Positions 18,655 to 28,530 of a stretch of 64,000 nt of DNA are shown piece by piece (the stretch's first letter is position 1; each line of letters starts with the position of its first letter). The DNA is taken from NCBI GenBank assembly GCA_900555045.1, contig USJW01000003.1, positions 5,189 through 69,188 on the forward strand, written 5' to 3'. The DNA comes from an uncultured Clostridium sp. (GTDB lineage Bacteria > Bacillota > Clostridia > Lachnospirales > Lachnospiraceae). The position numbers were made by a program, and so were the translations under genes. Under the pieces are notes generated by a model. It was given only the letters and a program-made list of their open reading frames with translations, was not told the origin of the DNA and did not search any database.

Positions 18655-19740
18655 TTATCCCACAATGGTGAGCTCCCGCGGCGAGGATGTGAGCACCTGG
18701 CAGCCCTCCGGGGTGACCAGCACGTCGTCCTCGATGCGGACTCCGCCCAGGCCCTCCAGGTAGATTCCCGGCTCCACGGTCATGACCATCCCCGGCACCA
18801 GCACGTGTCCGTCTCCGGGCGCGAAATTCGGCGTCTCGTGGCAGGCTATGCCCAGTCCATGCCCCAGATTATGGGAAAACGCTGGCCCGTAGCCCGCCTG
18901 TTCGATCACATCCCTGGCCACCCGGTCGATGTCGCCGCACGTTTTTCCGGGGCGGATGGCCCGGATGGCGGCCGCCTGGGCCTCCTTCACGGTCTCGTAG
19001 ACCTGCCGCAGCTGCGCGCCGGCCCGCTCCACCGCCACGGTGCGCGTGATGTCGGAGCAGTACTCCCCCACCCGCACGCCGAAGTCCATGGTGACGAAAT
19101 CCCCCGGCTCGATGACCTTGTCCGAGGCCTTGGCGTGGGGCATGGAGCCGTTCACGCCGCTGGCCACGATGATGTCGAAGGACTCCTTCTGAGCCCCCAG
19201 CTCCTTCATATAATAGAGCAACCGGTTCTCCACCTGCTTCTCGGTCATGCCCGCCCTTATCTGGCCCAGGATGTAGGAATACCCCTGGTCCGCGATCTTA
19301 CAGGCCTCCCGGATACAGGCGATCTCCTCCTCGTCCTTCACCATGCGCATGGGATCCGGCGACACCGGAACCAGTTCCGGCTCCAGTCCCGCCGCTAACT
19401 TTTTGTACTGGGAGAAGGAGACCGCATCCGCTTCAAAACCCAGCCTTTTGACAGCGTCCGCAGCGGCAATCCGGTTGATGTGCGTGAAAAATCCACAGCG
19501 CTCGTCCGCCAGCAGCGCGGCGGCGTTCATGTTTGCCGGCGCCGCCGCCATCCGTGCCTTCTGCTGGGTGTAATACCGCCCGTCCACGATGGCGTAGCAG
19601 CCCTTCGCCGTGATCAGCACGTAGCCGCTGCCGCTGTAAAGCCCGGCCGTGTAGAATTTGTTCTCTCTTGACACAAGCAGCAGGCCGTCCAGGCCGCTCT
19701 CTTCCATAAATTTTCTTCCGTTTTCCAGATGAAATGCCAT
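18655..19740 (-). CDS. ypdF: M24 Xaa-Pro aminopeptidase (YpdF-like)
   Basis: DGRY, PHA, DFG..YCSDITRT, HNLGHGLG..HE, TVEPGIY and RIEDD. Confidence 0.88.
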   Translation of the reverse strand: MAFHLENGRKFMEESGLDGLLLVSRENKFYTAGLYSGSGYVLITAKGCYAIVDGRYYTQQKARMAAAPANMNAAALLADERCGFFTHINRIAAADAVKRLGFEADAVSFSQYKKLAAGLEPELVPVSPDPMRMVKDEEEIACIREACKIADQGYSYILGQIRAGMTEKQVENRLLYYMKELGAQKESFDIIVASGVNGSMPHAKASDKVIEPGDFVTMDFGVRVGEYCSDITRTVAVERAGAQLRQVYETVKEAQAAAIRAIRPGKTCGDIDRVARDVIEQAGYGPAFSHNLGHGLGIACHETPNFAPGDGHVLVPGMVMTVEPGIYLEGLGGVRIEDDVLVTPEGCQVLTSSPRELTIVG

Positions 19741-19772
19741 CGCTTCCAACTCCCGTCCTCTTAAATCATTGA

Positions 19773-21047
19773 TCAGTCGTTTGAATCCACAGTCAGCTTG
19801 CCCTTGGTCATCATGCTGTTGCGGATAAAGATTACCAGCGCGGCGGTCACCACAGCGCCCACAACGATGCCTGCGATGTACGCGGGGATGTTCTCACACA
19901 GAGGCCATGCCCACACCGCGGACTCCGGGAACCACTGCACCGCGCCGAAGATGGTGGCGGCCAGGGAACCGCAGATTGCGCCGATCATGTAGCAGGGGAT
20001 GATCACCTTGGGCATCTCCAGTGCAAAGGGGATCGCGCCCTCGGAAATTCCCATCAGAGCCAGGAACATTGCGGTCTTGCCCTGGGGATAGAACTGCTTG
20101 TCGAACACGTGGCGCTTCACCACCAGGCGGTCTACCAGGGTCGCAAGGCCCAGACCGAAGGAGGGAACCACGATGGCTACCACGCGGGCCGTGATGGGCA
20201 GAACCTTGTCAGTGGTAAAGCCCAGGGCCACGAAGCCGGCCGCCTTGTTGATGGGGCCGCCCAGGTCGATGGCCGTAGCCGCGGACAGAGCGATGGTGTA
20301 GCCGTAGGAACCGGCCTTTCCGGCTGCGGACAGTCCGGATTTGATCAGGCTGTTAAGCATTCCGCCCAGAGGCGTCACAACCAGGTGCATGCCCAGCATG
20401 ACGAACACAGCCGCCAGCATGGGGATCAGGAAGGTGGATTTGAAGGCCAGCATGTTGTGGCTGACTTTAATTTTCTGGTTCAGGTACTTTACAAAATAGC
20501 CTGCTGCGATGGCGATGATTAACGCGCCCAGGAAGGTAGAGGCAACCGGTGCGGTGCTCGTCCAGGTTCCGTCCACGATGCTCAAAACCGCCGTGGGCTT
20601 GGTGGCCATCAGTCCGCCGATAAATCCGGCCGGGAACGCCAGCTTTCCGCCGATGGAGTTGGCCATGAACGCCGCGAACATGGGGATTGCAAAGCCGAAC
20701 AGCGTGCCGCCGAAATCTGCGCACAGGTTGGCGAATTTTAACAGTGAAAGGTTAAAGCCCTCGTAGGCGCCGCTGTTCATGGCATCCACGATGCCCATGG
20801 ACGGGTCCACGCCCAGAATCACGTAGGGGATCAGCTGTGAAAACGCCAGGATCAGTCCGCCCATGATGAGGAATGGGATCATGTTGCTGATACCGGTCAT
20901 GACGTGGCGGGACAGCGTGTCCCAGATTCCCTTTTTCTCCTGCACCTCAGGTGCCTTTTTAGCCGGGCTGGGCGCTGCCGCTGTGCCCGCGCTCTTGTTC
21001 TTGTTCTCGGCCTGTCCCGTCAGTGCACTTCTCTTTGTAATAGCCAT
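19773..21047 (-). CDS. fryC: PTS fructose-family EIIC (FryC-like)
   Basis: MAITKRSA N-terminus; HVMTGIS.MIP, DLGGPINKAA, GISEGAIPF and QWFPESA. Confidence 0.85.
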   Translation of the reverse strand: MAITKRSALTGQAENKNKSAGTAAAPSPAKKAPEVQEKKGIWDTLSRHVMTGISNMIPFLIMGGLILAFSQLIPYVILGVDPSMGIVDAMNSGAYEGFNLSLLKFANLCADFGGTLFGFAIPMFAAFMANSIGGKLAFPAGFIGGLMATKPTAVLSIVDGTWTSTAPVASTFLGALIIAIAAGYFVKYLNQKIKVSHNMLAFKSTFLIPMLAAVFVMLGMHLVVTPLGGMLNSLIKSGLSAAGKAGSYGYTIALSAATAIDLGGPINKAAGFVALGFTTDKVLPITARVVAIVVPSFGLGLATLVDRLVVKRHVFDKQFYPQGKTAMFLALMGISEGAIPFALEMPKVIIPCYMIGAICGSLAATIFGAVQWFPESAVWAWPLCENIPAYIAGIVVGAVVTAALVIFIRNSMMTKGKLTVDSND

Positions 21048-21081
21048 TTCTTAGTCCCCCTTATCTTTTTGTTCTATATCA

Positions 21082-21399
21082 TTAGCCTTCCATACTCTCG
21101 ATTTCCTGGATGATGCCCTTGGCGTTCTTGATCGCGTCCTGAAGGCCGATCTCGTAGATGTCGTAGGCGTCAAAGCGCTCGTTGTTCTGAGGCGCAATGG
21201 CCACCGCGTGGATGATGATGTCCGCCTCCGCAATCTCGGCGGGAGTCAGCTCGTTCTGGATTCCGTCCGCGCCCTGGGTCTCAACCTTTACGTCGTACCC
21301 CAGCTCCTTGGCCGCATCCTCCAGCGCCTGAGCCGCCATAAAGGTGTGGGCCAGCCCCATGGTGCATGCACATAATGCCACTAATTTCTTCTTTGCCAT
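21082..21399 (-). CDS. fryB: PTS fructose-family EIIB (FryB-like)
   Basis: CACTMGLAHTFMAA..L and KVETQGADGI.N.LT. Confidence 0.9.
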   Translation of the reverse strand: MAKKKLVALCACTMGLAHTFMAAQALEDAAKELGYDVKVETQGADGIQNELTPAEIAEADIIIHAVAIAPQNNERFDAYDIYEIGLQDAIKNAKGIIQEIESMEG

Positions 21400-21512
21400 T
21401 GTTTTTTCCTCTTTTCTTTGATTATTTTGGTCATATCCTTCAGCCGGGCAGCCCCGGCAGAACAAACAATATAAACTTGTGATACATCTTCCGCAGAGCG
21501 ATCCGCCTGCCG

Positions 21513-21974
21513 TCAGCCTGCGGACACCGCCTGGTGGATCAGCCCGTAAATCTCCTCCGGGGAGTCGGACTCCGTCAGCTGCCTGCGGAAATCCTGCTTG
21601 ATCAGCATCCGGGAGAGGGACGCCAGGATCTGGATGTGCTCATTTCCATAGTTTTCCTTCGGCACGATCAGCGCGATCATGGTGTTTACCGGCTTCCCGT
21701 CAAAGGACTCCCACTCCAGCTCCCGCTTGGACTTCATCACCACGATGCCGGTCTGAATCACGGAGTCACAGCGGGTGTGGGGAATCGCGAAGCCGTCCTG
21801 CATCCCCGTGGGACCCTGAGCTTCCCGCTCCAGAAAGCCCTGGTAGGTTCCCTCCACGTCCCGGCACAGCCCCAGCTCCACCGCCTTCTCTGCGATGGCG
21901 TGAAGCGCCTCCTCCTTGGTGTTAAGCTCCATATCGGTAAAAATATAATTCTGCTTGATTACTTCCTTCGTCAT
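21513..21974 (-). CDS. PTS fructose-family EIIA
   Basis: ERE..GPTG..DGFAIPH, W.SFDGKPV and H..IL..LSR.L. Confidence 0.9.
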   Translation of the reverse strand: MTKEVIKQNYIFTDMELNTKEEALHAIAEKAVELGLCRDVEGTYQGFLEREAQGPTGMQDGFAIPHTRCDSVIQTGIVVMKSKRELEWESFDGKPVNTMIALIVPKENYGNEHIQILASLSRMLIKQDFRRQLTESDSPEEIYGLIHQAVSAG

Positions 21975-23857
21975 CACAATTCTCTCCTGCACATAATAGT
22001 TTGAAATGCCTGAAAATCAGTTGCCTGTATGAGCCGGCGCACCAGCTCGTCGGAGTGCACCACCTTGTACAGAGTGCGGAATATCCGGGCGTAGGGGTCG
22101 TTGGTCTGGTTGAAGCAGGCCAGAAATACCATCTGCACCCGCTCGTTTCCCCACTGGATCGGCTGGCTTAAAATCCCGATGGCGATGCAGGAGGTGAAAT
22201 TCCCCTGCTTCAGCACGTGGGGCACAGCCACAAGATTTCCCACCTCTGTGGAGCTGATCCGCTCCCGCTTCTCGATGGCGCTTATGACCTGGCGGTCGAT
22301 CCCCTTTTTCTTCTCCAGAAGAGCCCCCAGTTTTTCGATTGCCTCGAACCGGTCCTTCGCCTCGATGTGGCCGAAGCAGTCCGGATCGAAGTACCGCATG
22401 AGCTCCTTCTCGATGTAGATCTTCTGCCAGAGCTGCTCCTGAATCCCGGCCACGGCCTTCTCGCTGAGCAGGTCGTGGGAGACGATCACCGGAATGTCCC
22501 CGTGATAATCCTCCACCGGCACCGCCGACAGAATCACGTCCGGATTTCGCTCCAGCGCCAGGTCCATGTACCGCACCGGGTAGACGCCGCAGATGAACAT
22601 GTTCTGGATCTCGCTCTGGATCTTCTCCAGGATCATCTGGGAGGTGCCGATCCCGTAGTTGCAGAGAATCACCGCCTTGATCCGCTCCCCGGCCTTGGGC
22701 TCGTAGACGCCTAAGTAGACCGTCAGGTAGCCGATCTCGTCCTCGTTGATGGACACGCCGAACCGCTCCTCAAACCGCTGGGCCATCAGGATAGCGTAGT
22801 TCATCTCCAGCGGGTAGCGGCTCTTGATCTGGCCGATGATGGGGTTGGGGGAATAGTTCCCGGCCCTGGCCCGCTGCATCAGCGCCTTGAGGTGAAGGCT
22901 CAGGACGTTTAACACCTTCTCGTCCTGCTCGTAGCGGTTCCCCGTGAGCTCCGTGATCTCCGCCATGAAATCATCCACAAACCGGCGCATCTCCCGGCAG
23001 CCCTCTGCGTCCAGGACGTTTAGGTCGTAGCCGATGAACCCGGAGTACACCATCACGTACAGGCATTCGTCCTCCGTGATCTCGATATGAAACGCCCGCC
23101 CCAGCGCCTCCATGATGGACTGGATCATCTGGTAGTTGTGGCCCGTGACCGGGGCGTTAAGGCTCATCCCAGCCACGTGGTGCCCTTTCCGGCTCCTGGA
23201 CAGCGCAATCACGATTCTGGCGATCAGGCTGTTTAGGTCCATGTCCGCCACAATCAGGCTGTACTCCTGGATGTGCTCGAACACAATCCGGTCCACCTGG
23301 TTTAGCTCCTCCTCGGAGATGTTGTAGATCCCGGTGTTCACCAGCCGCGCGTTGCAGTAGTCCAGCCCGATATCCCCCAGCAGCGTGCGGATGTCCGTCT
23401 CCCCGCCGGTGATGGACAAGCCGTAGTGGGGCTTCCCGATCAGGCTTAAATGGTACCGGCCGAGAAATTCCTTCACGTCGAAGGTCATCTTGTTCAGAGT
23501 GGACGGGCTTAAAAACATGGCCTCGCTGAGCTTCTCGATCGTTATTTCCTCCTGGTCGATGATTTCCAGGATCATTTCATGAATCCGCTTGTCCCCGTCC
23601 TTCTGGCGGTATTCCTTCTGGGTGAGCAGGGGCTTTAGCGCCGCCCGGTCCCCCTCCAAAACATACCCCTGCCCCCGCTTTAAGGAGATGCACACGTCGA
23701 AGGTTTTTAGCTCCTCCGACAAAACCGAGAGGTAGCGCATAACCGTCCTGGCCGAAATTCCCAGCCGCTTGGCCAAGTCCTCCGCGCCGATGGCATTTTC
23801 CTGGTGCATCAGGCAGTTCAAAAGCTGTATCTGCTTTTGTGTCAGGTCCTGTATCAT
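21974..23857 (-). CDS. PRD-containing transcriptional regulator (LicR/MtlR/ManR type: HTH, PRD x2, EIIB, EIIA)
   Basis: N-terminal HTH ISARTV, LSLHL, EDEIGYL, EIIB-like CNYGIGTS and EIIA-like VAVPH. Confidence 0.88.
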   Translation of the reverse strand: MIQDLTQKQIQLLNCLMHQENAIGAEDLAKRLGISARTVMRYLSVLSEELKTFDVCISLKRGQGYVLEGDRAALKPLLTQKEYRQKDGDKRIHEMILEIIDQEEITIEKLSEAMFLSPSTLNKMTFDVKEFLGRYHLSLIGKPHYGLSITGGETDIRTLLGDIGLDYCNARLVNTGIYNISEEELNQVDRIVFEHIQEYSLIVADMDLNSLIARIVIALSRSRKGHHVAGMSLNAPVTGHNYQMIQSIMEALGRAFHIEITEDECLYVMVYSGFIGYDLNVLDAEGCREMRRFVDDFMAEITELTGNRYEQDEKVLNVLSLHLKALMQRARAGNYSPNPIIGQIKSRYPLEMNYAILMAQRFEERFGVSINEDEIGYLTVYLGVYEPKAGERIKAVILCNYGIGTSQMILEKIQSEIQNMFICGVYPVRYMDLALERNPDVILSAVPVEDYHGDIPVIVSHDLLSEKAVAGIQEQLWQKIYIEKELMRYFDPDCFGHIEAKDRFEAIEKLGALLEKKKGIDRQVISAIEKRERISSTEVGNLVAVPHVLKQGNFTSCIAIGILSQPIQWGNERVQMVFLACFNQTNDPYARIFRTLYKVVHSDELVRRLIQATDFQAFQTIMCRREL

Positions 23858-23918
23858 GCTATCACTTTCTTTCTGGTTACATTATCCCCCATTTTCACAC
23901 AACTTTCCATTCATTCCT

Positions 23919-23936
23919 TGTCATTTAAAAATGACA
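23919..23936. promoter_or_regulatory. Candidate operator palindrome upstream of the PTS operon
   Basis: TGTCATTTAAAAATGACA is a near-perfect 18-bp palindrome about 60 nt upstream of the regulator ATG. Confidence 0.55.
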
Positions 23937-23938
23937 TC

Positions 23939-23982
23939 AAAAAAACTGCCGCCCCCGCCGGAAATTCCGGTGAGAACGGCAG
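23939..23982 (-). terminator. Intrinsic terminator of the Fe-S protein gene
   Basis: Minus strand ctgccgttctcaccgg / ccggcgggggcggcag followed by TTTTTTT. Confidence 0.75.
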
Positions 23983-23997
23983 CCTTGTCCGCCGACG

Positions 23998-24792
23998 TCA
24001 GATATACAGCTCATTTTCCCTGCGCTCTTTGCAGATCATCCCCAGCTTCTGCGCCACCGCCGCCTGGCCTGCGGGATCCAGCTTTCTGGCGCCCGTGGGA
24101 CAGACCTTGATGCAGCGCATGCAGGCGATGCACACCTGCGGGTCCGTGGTGTTCGGCGCATCCTCCGGGATCGCCCTCACCGGGCACTGGGCGGCGCAGG
24201 TTCCGCAGCCCACGCAGCTCTCATCCGCGGCCGGTTTGAGGGCAGATCCGCCGAATACCTTGTACGGCCGTTTGCCCTTCACCTGCACCTGTCCGCGCTC
24301 CAGCTCGCTTAAGTCGCTCAACTTCTCGCACACCGCCCGCGCCGCCTCGCGCAGCTCGTGGCGGTCCTTCTCGTCCGGCCTGCCCGCAGCGATGGCGGGG
24401 ACGATGGAGTGCTGGGCGATGGCCGCAATTCCGGCAATCACCGTGAACCCCTGGGCAGAGAGTACATCCTTCATCTCCAGCAGCGTGTCGTCGTAATCCC
24501 GGTTTCCGTACACCGCAATCACCACCGCCGCCGTGCCGTTTCCATGCAGATTTTCCATCCGTTTTGCCGCAATCCCCGGCACACGCCCGCCGTAGGACGG
24601 CACGCCTATACAGATCACATCCTCCGGTCCAAAGGAATGGTTCCCCGAATCCTCCGCCGGATCCGAGAGATCAATGTTCTCCCCCTTCCCGGCCTCACCG
24701 GTCCGGACCATCTCCTGTGCCACCAACTCGGTGACCTCCCGGGTACTGAACGTAGGGCTGAAATATACCGTGCTCACCTTTGAAATTTTCAT
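23998..24792 (-). CDS. Flavodoxin-like / 2x[4Fe-4S] ferredoxin protein (EFR1-like)
   Basis: YFSPT, PSYGGRVP, YGNRDYDD, CVGCGTCAAQCP and CIACMRCIKVCP. Confidence 0.85.
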   Translation of the reverse strand: MKISKVSTVYFSPTFSTREVTELVAQEMVRTGEAGKGENIDLSDPAEDSGNHSFGPEDVICIGVPSYGGRVPGIAAKRMENLHGNGTAAVVIAVYGNRDYDDTLLEMKDVLSAQGFTVIAGIAAIAQHSIVPAIAAGRPDEKDRHELREAARAVCEKLSDLSELERGQVQVKGKRPYKVFGGSALKPAADESCVGCGTCAAQCPVRAIPEDAPNTTDPQVCIACMRCIKVCPTGARKLDPAGQAAVAQKLGMICKERRENELYI

Positions 24793-24924
24793 ATATGTAA
24801 CCCTCCTTTTCTCGTGATCCCCAATTTTTGTCTGCTGGTTTTCGCATATCATATTTTGCCTATCATACCACATTTTCGGCATATTTACCAGCCCCGGAGG
24901 GAGGGGAATTGAGGGAGGGGGAGG

Positions 24925-25983
24925 TCACGTCCACGCCTCCACCAGGTCCTCGATCAGAAGCAGTCCCAGGGGGCCCAGGATAAACCCCAGAAACCCGAAG
25001 AGCTGCAGGCCAACGTACACCGCCGCCAGGGTTTCCAGCGGCGAGAGCCCCACCTGGTTGGACATCAGCCTTGTTTCCAGATATTCCCTGATAAAATAGC
25101 AGACCAGGTACAGCGCGAACAGGGCCAAGGCCCGGCCCCACCGCCCGAGAAACAGGCAGACCACGCCCCAGGGGATTAACACCGTGCCGGTCCCGAAGAT
25201 GGGCAGAGCGTCCAACACCCCGATGCCGATGCCCGCCATGATATAGTAGGGATTTCCGATGGCCGCCATCCCCAGGATGCACAGCATGGTGATTAGGCCC
25301 ATGATGATCCCCTGGGTCTTAAACCATGCCTTTCCCGTGTGCACGATCCGCTTCCCGATCATGGAGAACTCCCGCCGGAACACGGACTGGTCCCGCCGCT
25401 CCCGCAGATCGTCCATCTCCTGCAGCGAGAGGACCACAGCCAAAAACAGCACGACGGACACCACCGTGACCTTCACGCCCAGGCGTATGACGGCGACGGA
25501 ATTTGTCATCAGCGCGGGCATGGCGGCCTGCTTGCCCGTGTGGATCAGGCCGGTCAACATCTCGCTGACCACGTCGGCCACCCCGCCCGGGCGCAGACCG
25601 AAGGTGCGCTCTAAGTCCCGGCAGCTCCCGGTCAGCCAGCCGTCGAACTGCTCCACCCAGATGGGCAGCTGGAATGCCAGCAGCTTCCCCTCCTGACACA
25701 GCTTGACCGCGCCCCAGTAAAGCCCCAGCCCCAGAAGCGAGAGCAGAATCAGGAATTCCACGCCGCCCACCACGCCGATGGGCAGATGCCGCATGCGCCC
25801 CTTCACCTGAATCCGCAGCCGGTAGGACAGAAACCGCGCCGAGGGCCGCAGCATAAGGGCGAACAGATAACCCACGAAAAAAGGAGCCACGAGGGGCAGC
25901 AGGTACTTGAGGCCTGCGTACACCGCTCCCGTGGTTCCTATTATTATGATCAATTTCTTCAGTTTCTTGCCGGGCTTTTCCAT
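24925..25983 (-). CDS. ytvI: Sporulation integral membrane protein YtvI (AI-2E family)
   Basis: Multi-TM; DALPIFGTG..LIPW, R..LE.R....VGL.PL.TL and G.LG.ILGP. Confidence 0.8.
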   Translation of the reverse strand: MEKPGKKLKKLIIIIGTTGAVYAGLKYLLPLVAPFFVGYLFALMLRPSARFLSYRLRIQVKGRMRHLPIGVVGGVEFLILLSLLGLGLYWGAVKLCQEGKLLAFQLPIWVEQFDGWLTGSCRDLERTFGLRPGGVADVVSEMLTGLIHTGKQAAMPALMTNSVAVIRLGVKVTVVSVVLFLAVVLSLQEMDDLRERRDQSVFRREFSMIGKRIVHTGKAWFKTQGIIMGLITMLCILGMAAIGNPYYIMAGIGIGVLDALPIFGTGTVLIPWGVVCLFLGRWGRALALFALYLVCYFIREYLETRLMSNQVGLSPLETLAAVYVGLQLFGFLGFILGPLGLLLIEDLVEAWT

Positions 25984-26024
25984 GGACTCACCTGTTTCTG
26001 ATTTGTACTTCCTTTGTACCTTCT

Positions 26025-26053
26025 TAGTATGAGTCCGCTCTTTAAAAATATAC
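26025..26053 (-). promoter_or_regulatory. Sporulation sigma (sigmaE/sigmaG-type) promoter candidate for ytvI
   Basis: GTATA-N17-CATACTA upstream of ytvI. Confidence 0.5.
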
Positions 26054-26073
26054 AGGTGAAAAATTTACCACTT

Positions 26074-26667
26074 TTAACTCTCGCCCAGGTAAGCGAGCGC
26101 CGCCCGCAGACAGCCGTCCACGCCCACCAGACCGCTCTCCACGCACAGGTGATAGTTCTGGGCCCGTCCCCACTGGGCGCCGGTGTAGTACTGGTAGTAG
26201 TCCTTGCGCTTGCGGTCCACCTCCCGGATCCGCTTCTCCATCTCCTCCGGGTCAGCACCTGGCTCTAAGGTCAGCATGCGCCGGATCCGGTCCTTCATCT
26301 TCGCATAAATGAAGAGGTTGATGCTGTCGCTCAGCACCCGGTCCGCACAGCGCCCCACGATCACGCACGGCCCCTGCTGCGCCAGACGGCGGATAAAGCT
26401 GGACTGCGCGACGAAAATCTGGTCCGACATGGGCACCTTGTACACCGCGGAAAACGGATTGTAGTAGTGCCGGTCCAACGGGTCATGCATGTCCGGCAGC
26501 TTCTCGTCGTAGTTTAAAAACGCTGTCTCCGCCATGCCGGCGTCGTCCGCCGCCATGGAAATCAGCTCCTTATCATAAAAGGGAATTCCAAAATGTTCCG
26601 CAAGGCGTACCCCCAACTCCCGGCCGCCGCTGCCGAATTCACGGCTCACTGTAATCACTTTATCCAT
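26074..26667 (-). CDS. Cytidylate kinase-like family protein
   Basis: ITVSREFGSGGR, CVIVGRCAD and D..R..YY.YYTG..WG...NYHL. Confidence 0.88.
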   Translation of the reverse strand: MDKVITVSREFGSGGRELGVRLAEHFGIPFYDKELISMAADDAGMAETAFLNYDEKLPDMHDPLDRHYYNPFSAVYKVPMSDQIFVAQSSFIRRLAQQGPCVIVGRCADRVLSDSINLFIYAKMKDRIRRMLTLEPGADPEEMEKRIREVDRKRKDYYQYYTGAQWGRAQNYHLCVESGLVGVDGCLRAALAYLGES

Positions 26668-26817
26668 AATGCCTGCCTCCCCTTCTCTCTGTAAGTATCT
26701 CCCAGTATAGCACAAATAGCCTTAAAATCCTAGAGCGGGAATGAAATAATGGGCTTATCAGTTATCTATTCCTTCAGTGATTCCCCATGGAACTGCTGCA
26801 TTTTTTCTATTTACCGC

Positions 26818-26846
26818 TTGCCAGAACATACCGTCTCATGTAGAAT
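26818..26846 (+). promoter_or_regulatory. sigmaA promoter of the ABC-F gene
   Basis: TTGCCA-N17-TAGAAT. Confidence 0.7.
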
Positions 26847-26903
26847 AATACTGCTGTAACCAATGTAAAAACGGGGATTACCCAAGAGATAAAGGAGTTT
26901 TTC

Positions 26904-28460
26904 ATGAGCATATTAAATGTTGAGCATCTGAGCCACGGCTTCGGCGACCGTGCCATTTTCCAGGATGTTTCCTTCCGGCTGTTAAAGGGCGAGCACATCG
27001 GCCTGGTCGGGGCCAACGGCGAGGGAAAGTCCACCTTCATGAACATTATCACGGGAAAGCTCATGCCCGACGAGGGCAAGGTGGAGTGGGCCAAGCACGT
27101 CCGCGTGGGCTATCTGGACCAGCACTCCGTATTGGAGAAGGGCATGACCATCCGGGACGTGCTAAAGAGCGCCTTCGCCTTCCTGTTTGAGATGGAGGAG
27201 CAGATGAACCGGATCTGCGATCAGATGGGCGAGGCAAACGAGGAGGAGATGACCGCCATGATGGAGGAGCTGGGAACGATCCAGGACCTGCTCATGGCCC
27301 ACGACTTCTACGTGATCGACGCCAAGGTGGAGGAGGTCGCCCGGGCCCTGGGCCTAAACGAGATCGGGCTGGAGAAGGACGTGACCGACCTAAGCGGCGG
27401 ACAGCGCACCAAGGTGCTGCTGGGCAAGCTCCTGCTAGAGAAGCCGGATATCCTGCTGCTGGACGAGCCCACCAACTACCTGGACGTGCAGCACATTGAG
27501 TGGCTGAAGCGGTATCTGCAGGAGTATGAGAACGCCTTCATCCTGATCTCCCACGACATTCCCTTCCTCAACAGCGTGATCAACCTGATCTACCACATGG
27601 AGAACCAGCATCTGGACCGCTATGTGGGGGACTACGACAAGTTCCAGGAGGTCTACGCGGTGAAGAAGGCCCAGCTGGAGGCCGCCTACAAGCGCCAGCA
27701 GCAGGAAATCGCCGAGCTGGAGGATTTCGTGGCGCGCAACAAGGCCCGCGTGTCCACCCGAAACATGGCCATGTCCCGCCAGAAGAAGCTGGACAAGATG
27801 GACGTGATCGAGCTGGCCAGGGAGAAGCCGAAGCCCGAGTTCAACTTCCTGACGGCCCGCGCCCCGGGAAAGCTGATTTTCGAGACCCATGACCTGGTGA
27901 TCGGCTACGAGGAGCCCCTCTCCCGGCCCTTAAACCTGACGATGCAGCGGGGCGAGAAGATCGTGCTGTCCGGTGCCAACGGAATCGGCAAGACCACCCT
28001 GTTAAAGAGCATCCTGGGGCTGATCCCGTCCTTAAGCGGAACCGTGGAGCTGGGCGATTACCTCTCCATCGGCTACTTTGAGCAGGAGATGGCCCCGGGG
28101 AACACCACCACCTGCATCGAGGAGATCTGGAAGGAATTTCCGGCCTACACCCAGTACCAGGTGCGCTCGGCCCTGGCCAAATGCGGCCTGACCACCGACC
28201 ACATCGAGAGCCAGGTGCGGGTCTTAAGCGGCGGCGAGCAGGCCAAGGTCCGGCTGTGCAAGCTGATCAACCGCGAGACCAACGTGCTGCTCTTAGACGA
28301 GCCCACCAACCACCTGGATGTGGACGCCAAGGCGGAGTTAAAGCGCGCGCTTAAGGAGTACAAGGGGAGCATCCTCTTAATCTGCCACGAGCCGGAGTTC
28401 TACAGCGGCGTGGCCACCAGTGTCTGGGACTGCCGTGAGTGGGCGCTGCGGCTGTCGTAG
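26904..28460 (+). CDS. ABC-F family ATPase (ribosome-associated)
   Basis: Two ABC domains (GANGEGKST, LSGGQ, LDEPTNYLD; GANGIGKTT, LSGGE, LDEPTNHLD) with a linker and no TM segments. Confidence 0.93.
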   Translation: MSILNVEHLSHGFGDRAIFQDVSFRLLKGEHIGLVGANGEGKSTFMNIITGKLMPDEGKVEWAKHVRVGYLDQHSVLEKGMTIRDVLKSAFAFLFEMEEQMNRICDQMGEANEEEMTAMMEELGTIQDLLMAHDFYVIDAKVEEVARALGLNEIGLEKDVTDLSGGQRTKVLLGKLLLEKPDILLLDEPTNYLDVQHIEWLKRYLQEYENAFILISHDIPFLNSVINLIYHMENQHLDRYVGDYDKFQEVYAVKKAQLEAAYKRQQQEIAELEDFVARNKARVSTRNMAMSRQKKLDKMDVIELAREKPKPEFNFLTARAPGKLIFETHDLVIGYEEPLSRPLNLTMQRGEKIVLSGANGIGKTTLLKSILGLIPSLSGTVELGDYLSIGYFEQEMAPGNTTTCIEEIWKEFPAYTQYQVRSALAKCGLTTDHIESQVRVLSGGEQAKVRLCKLINRETNVLLLDEPTNHLDVDAKAELKRALKEYKGSILLICHEPEFYSGVATSVWDCREWALRLS

Positions 28461-28477
28461 ACCGGTCGCTTCGGGCC

Positions 28478-28522
28478 AAAAAATAAGTGCAGCTGTTTGC
28501 GGACAGCTGCACTTATTTTTTT
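28478..28522. terminator. Bidirectional intrinsic terminator
   Basis: aaaaaataagtgcagctgt / acagctgcacttatttttt between convergent genes. Confidence 0.9.
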
Positions 28523-28530
28523 CAATCCAC

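Noticed and set aside
26904..28460. Antibiotic-resistance ABC-F
   Set aside because: Short leader with no attenuator uORF and native codon usage; looks like a housekeeping ABC-F.
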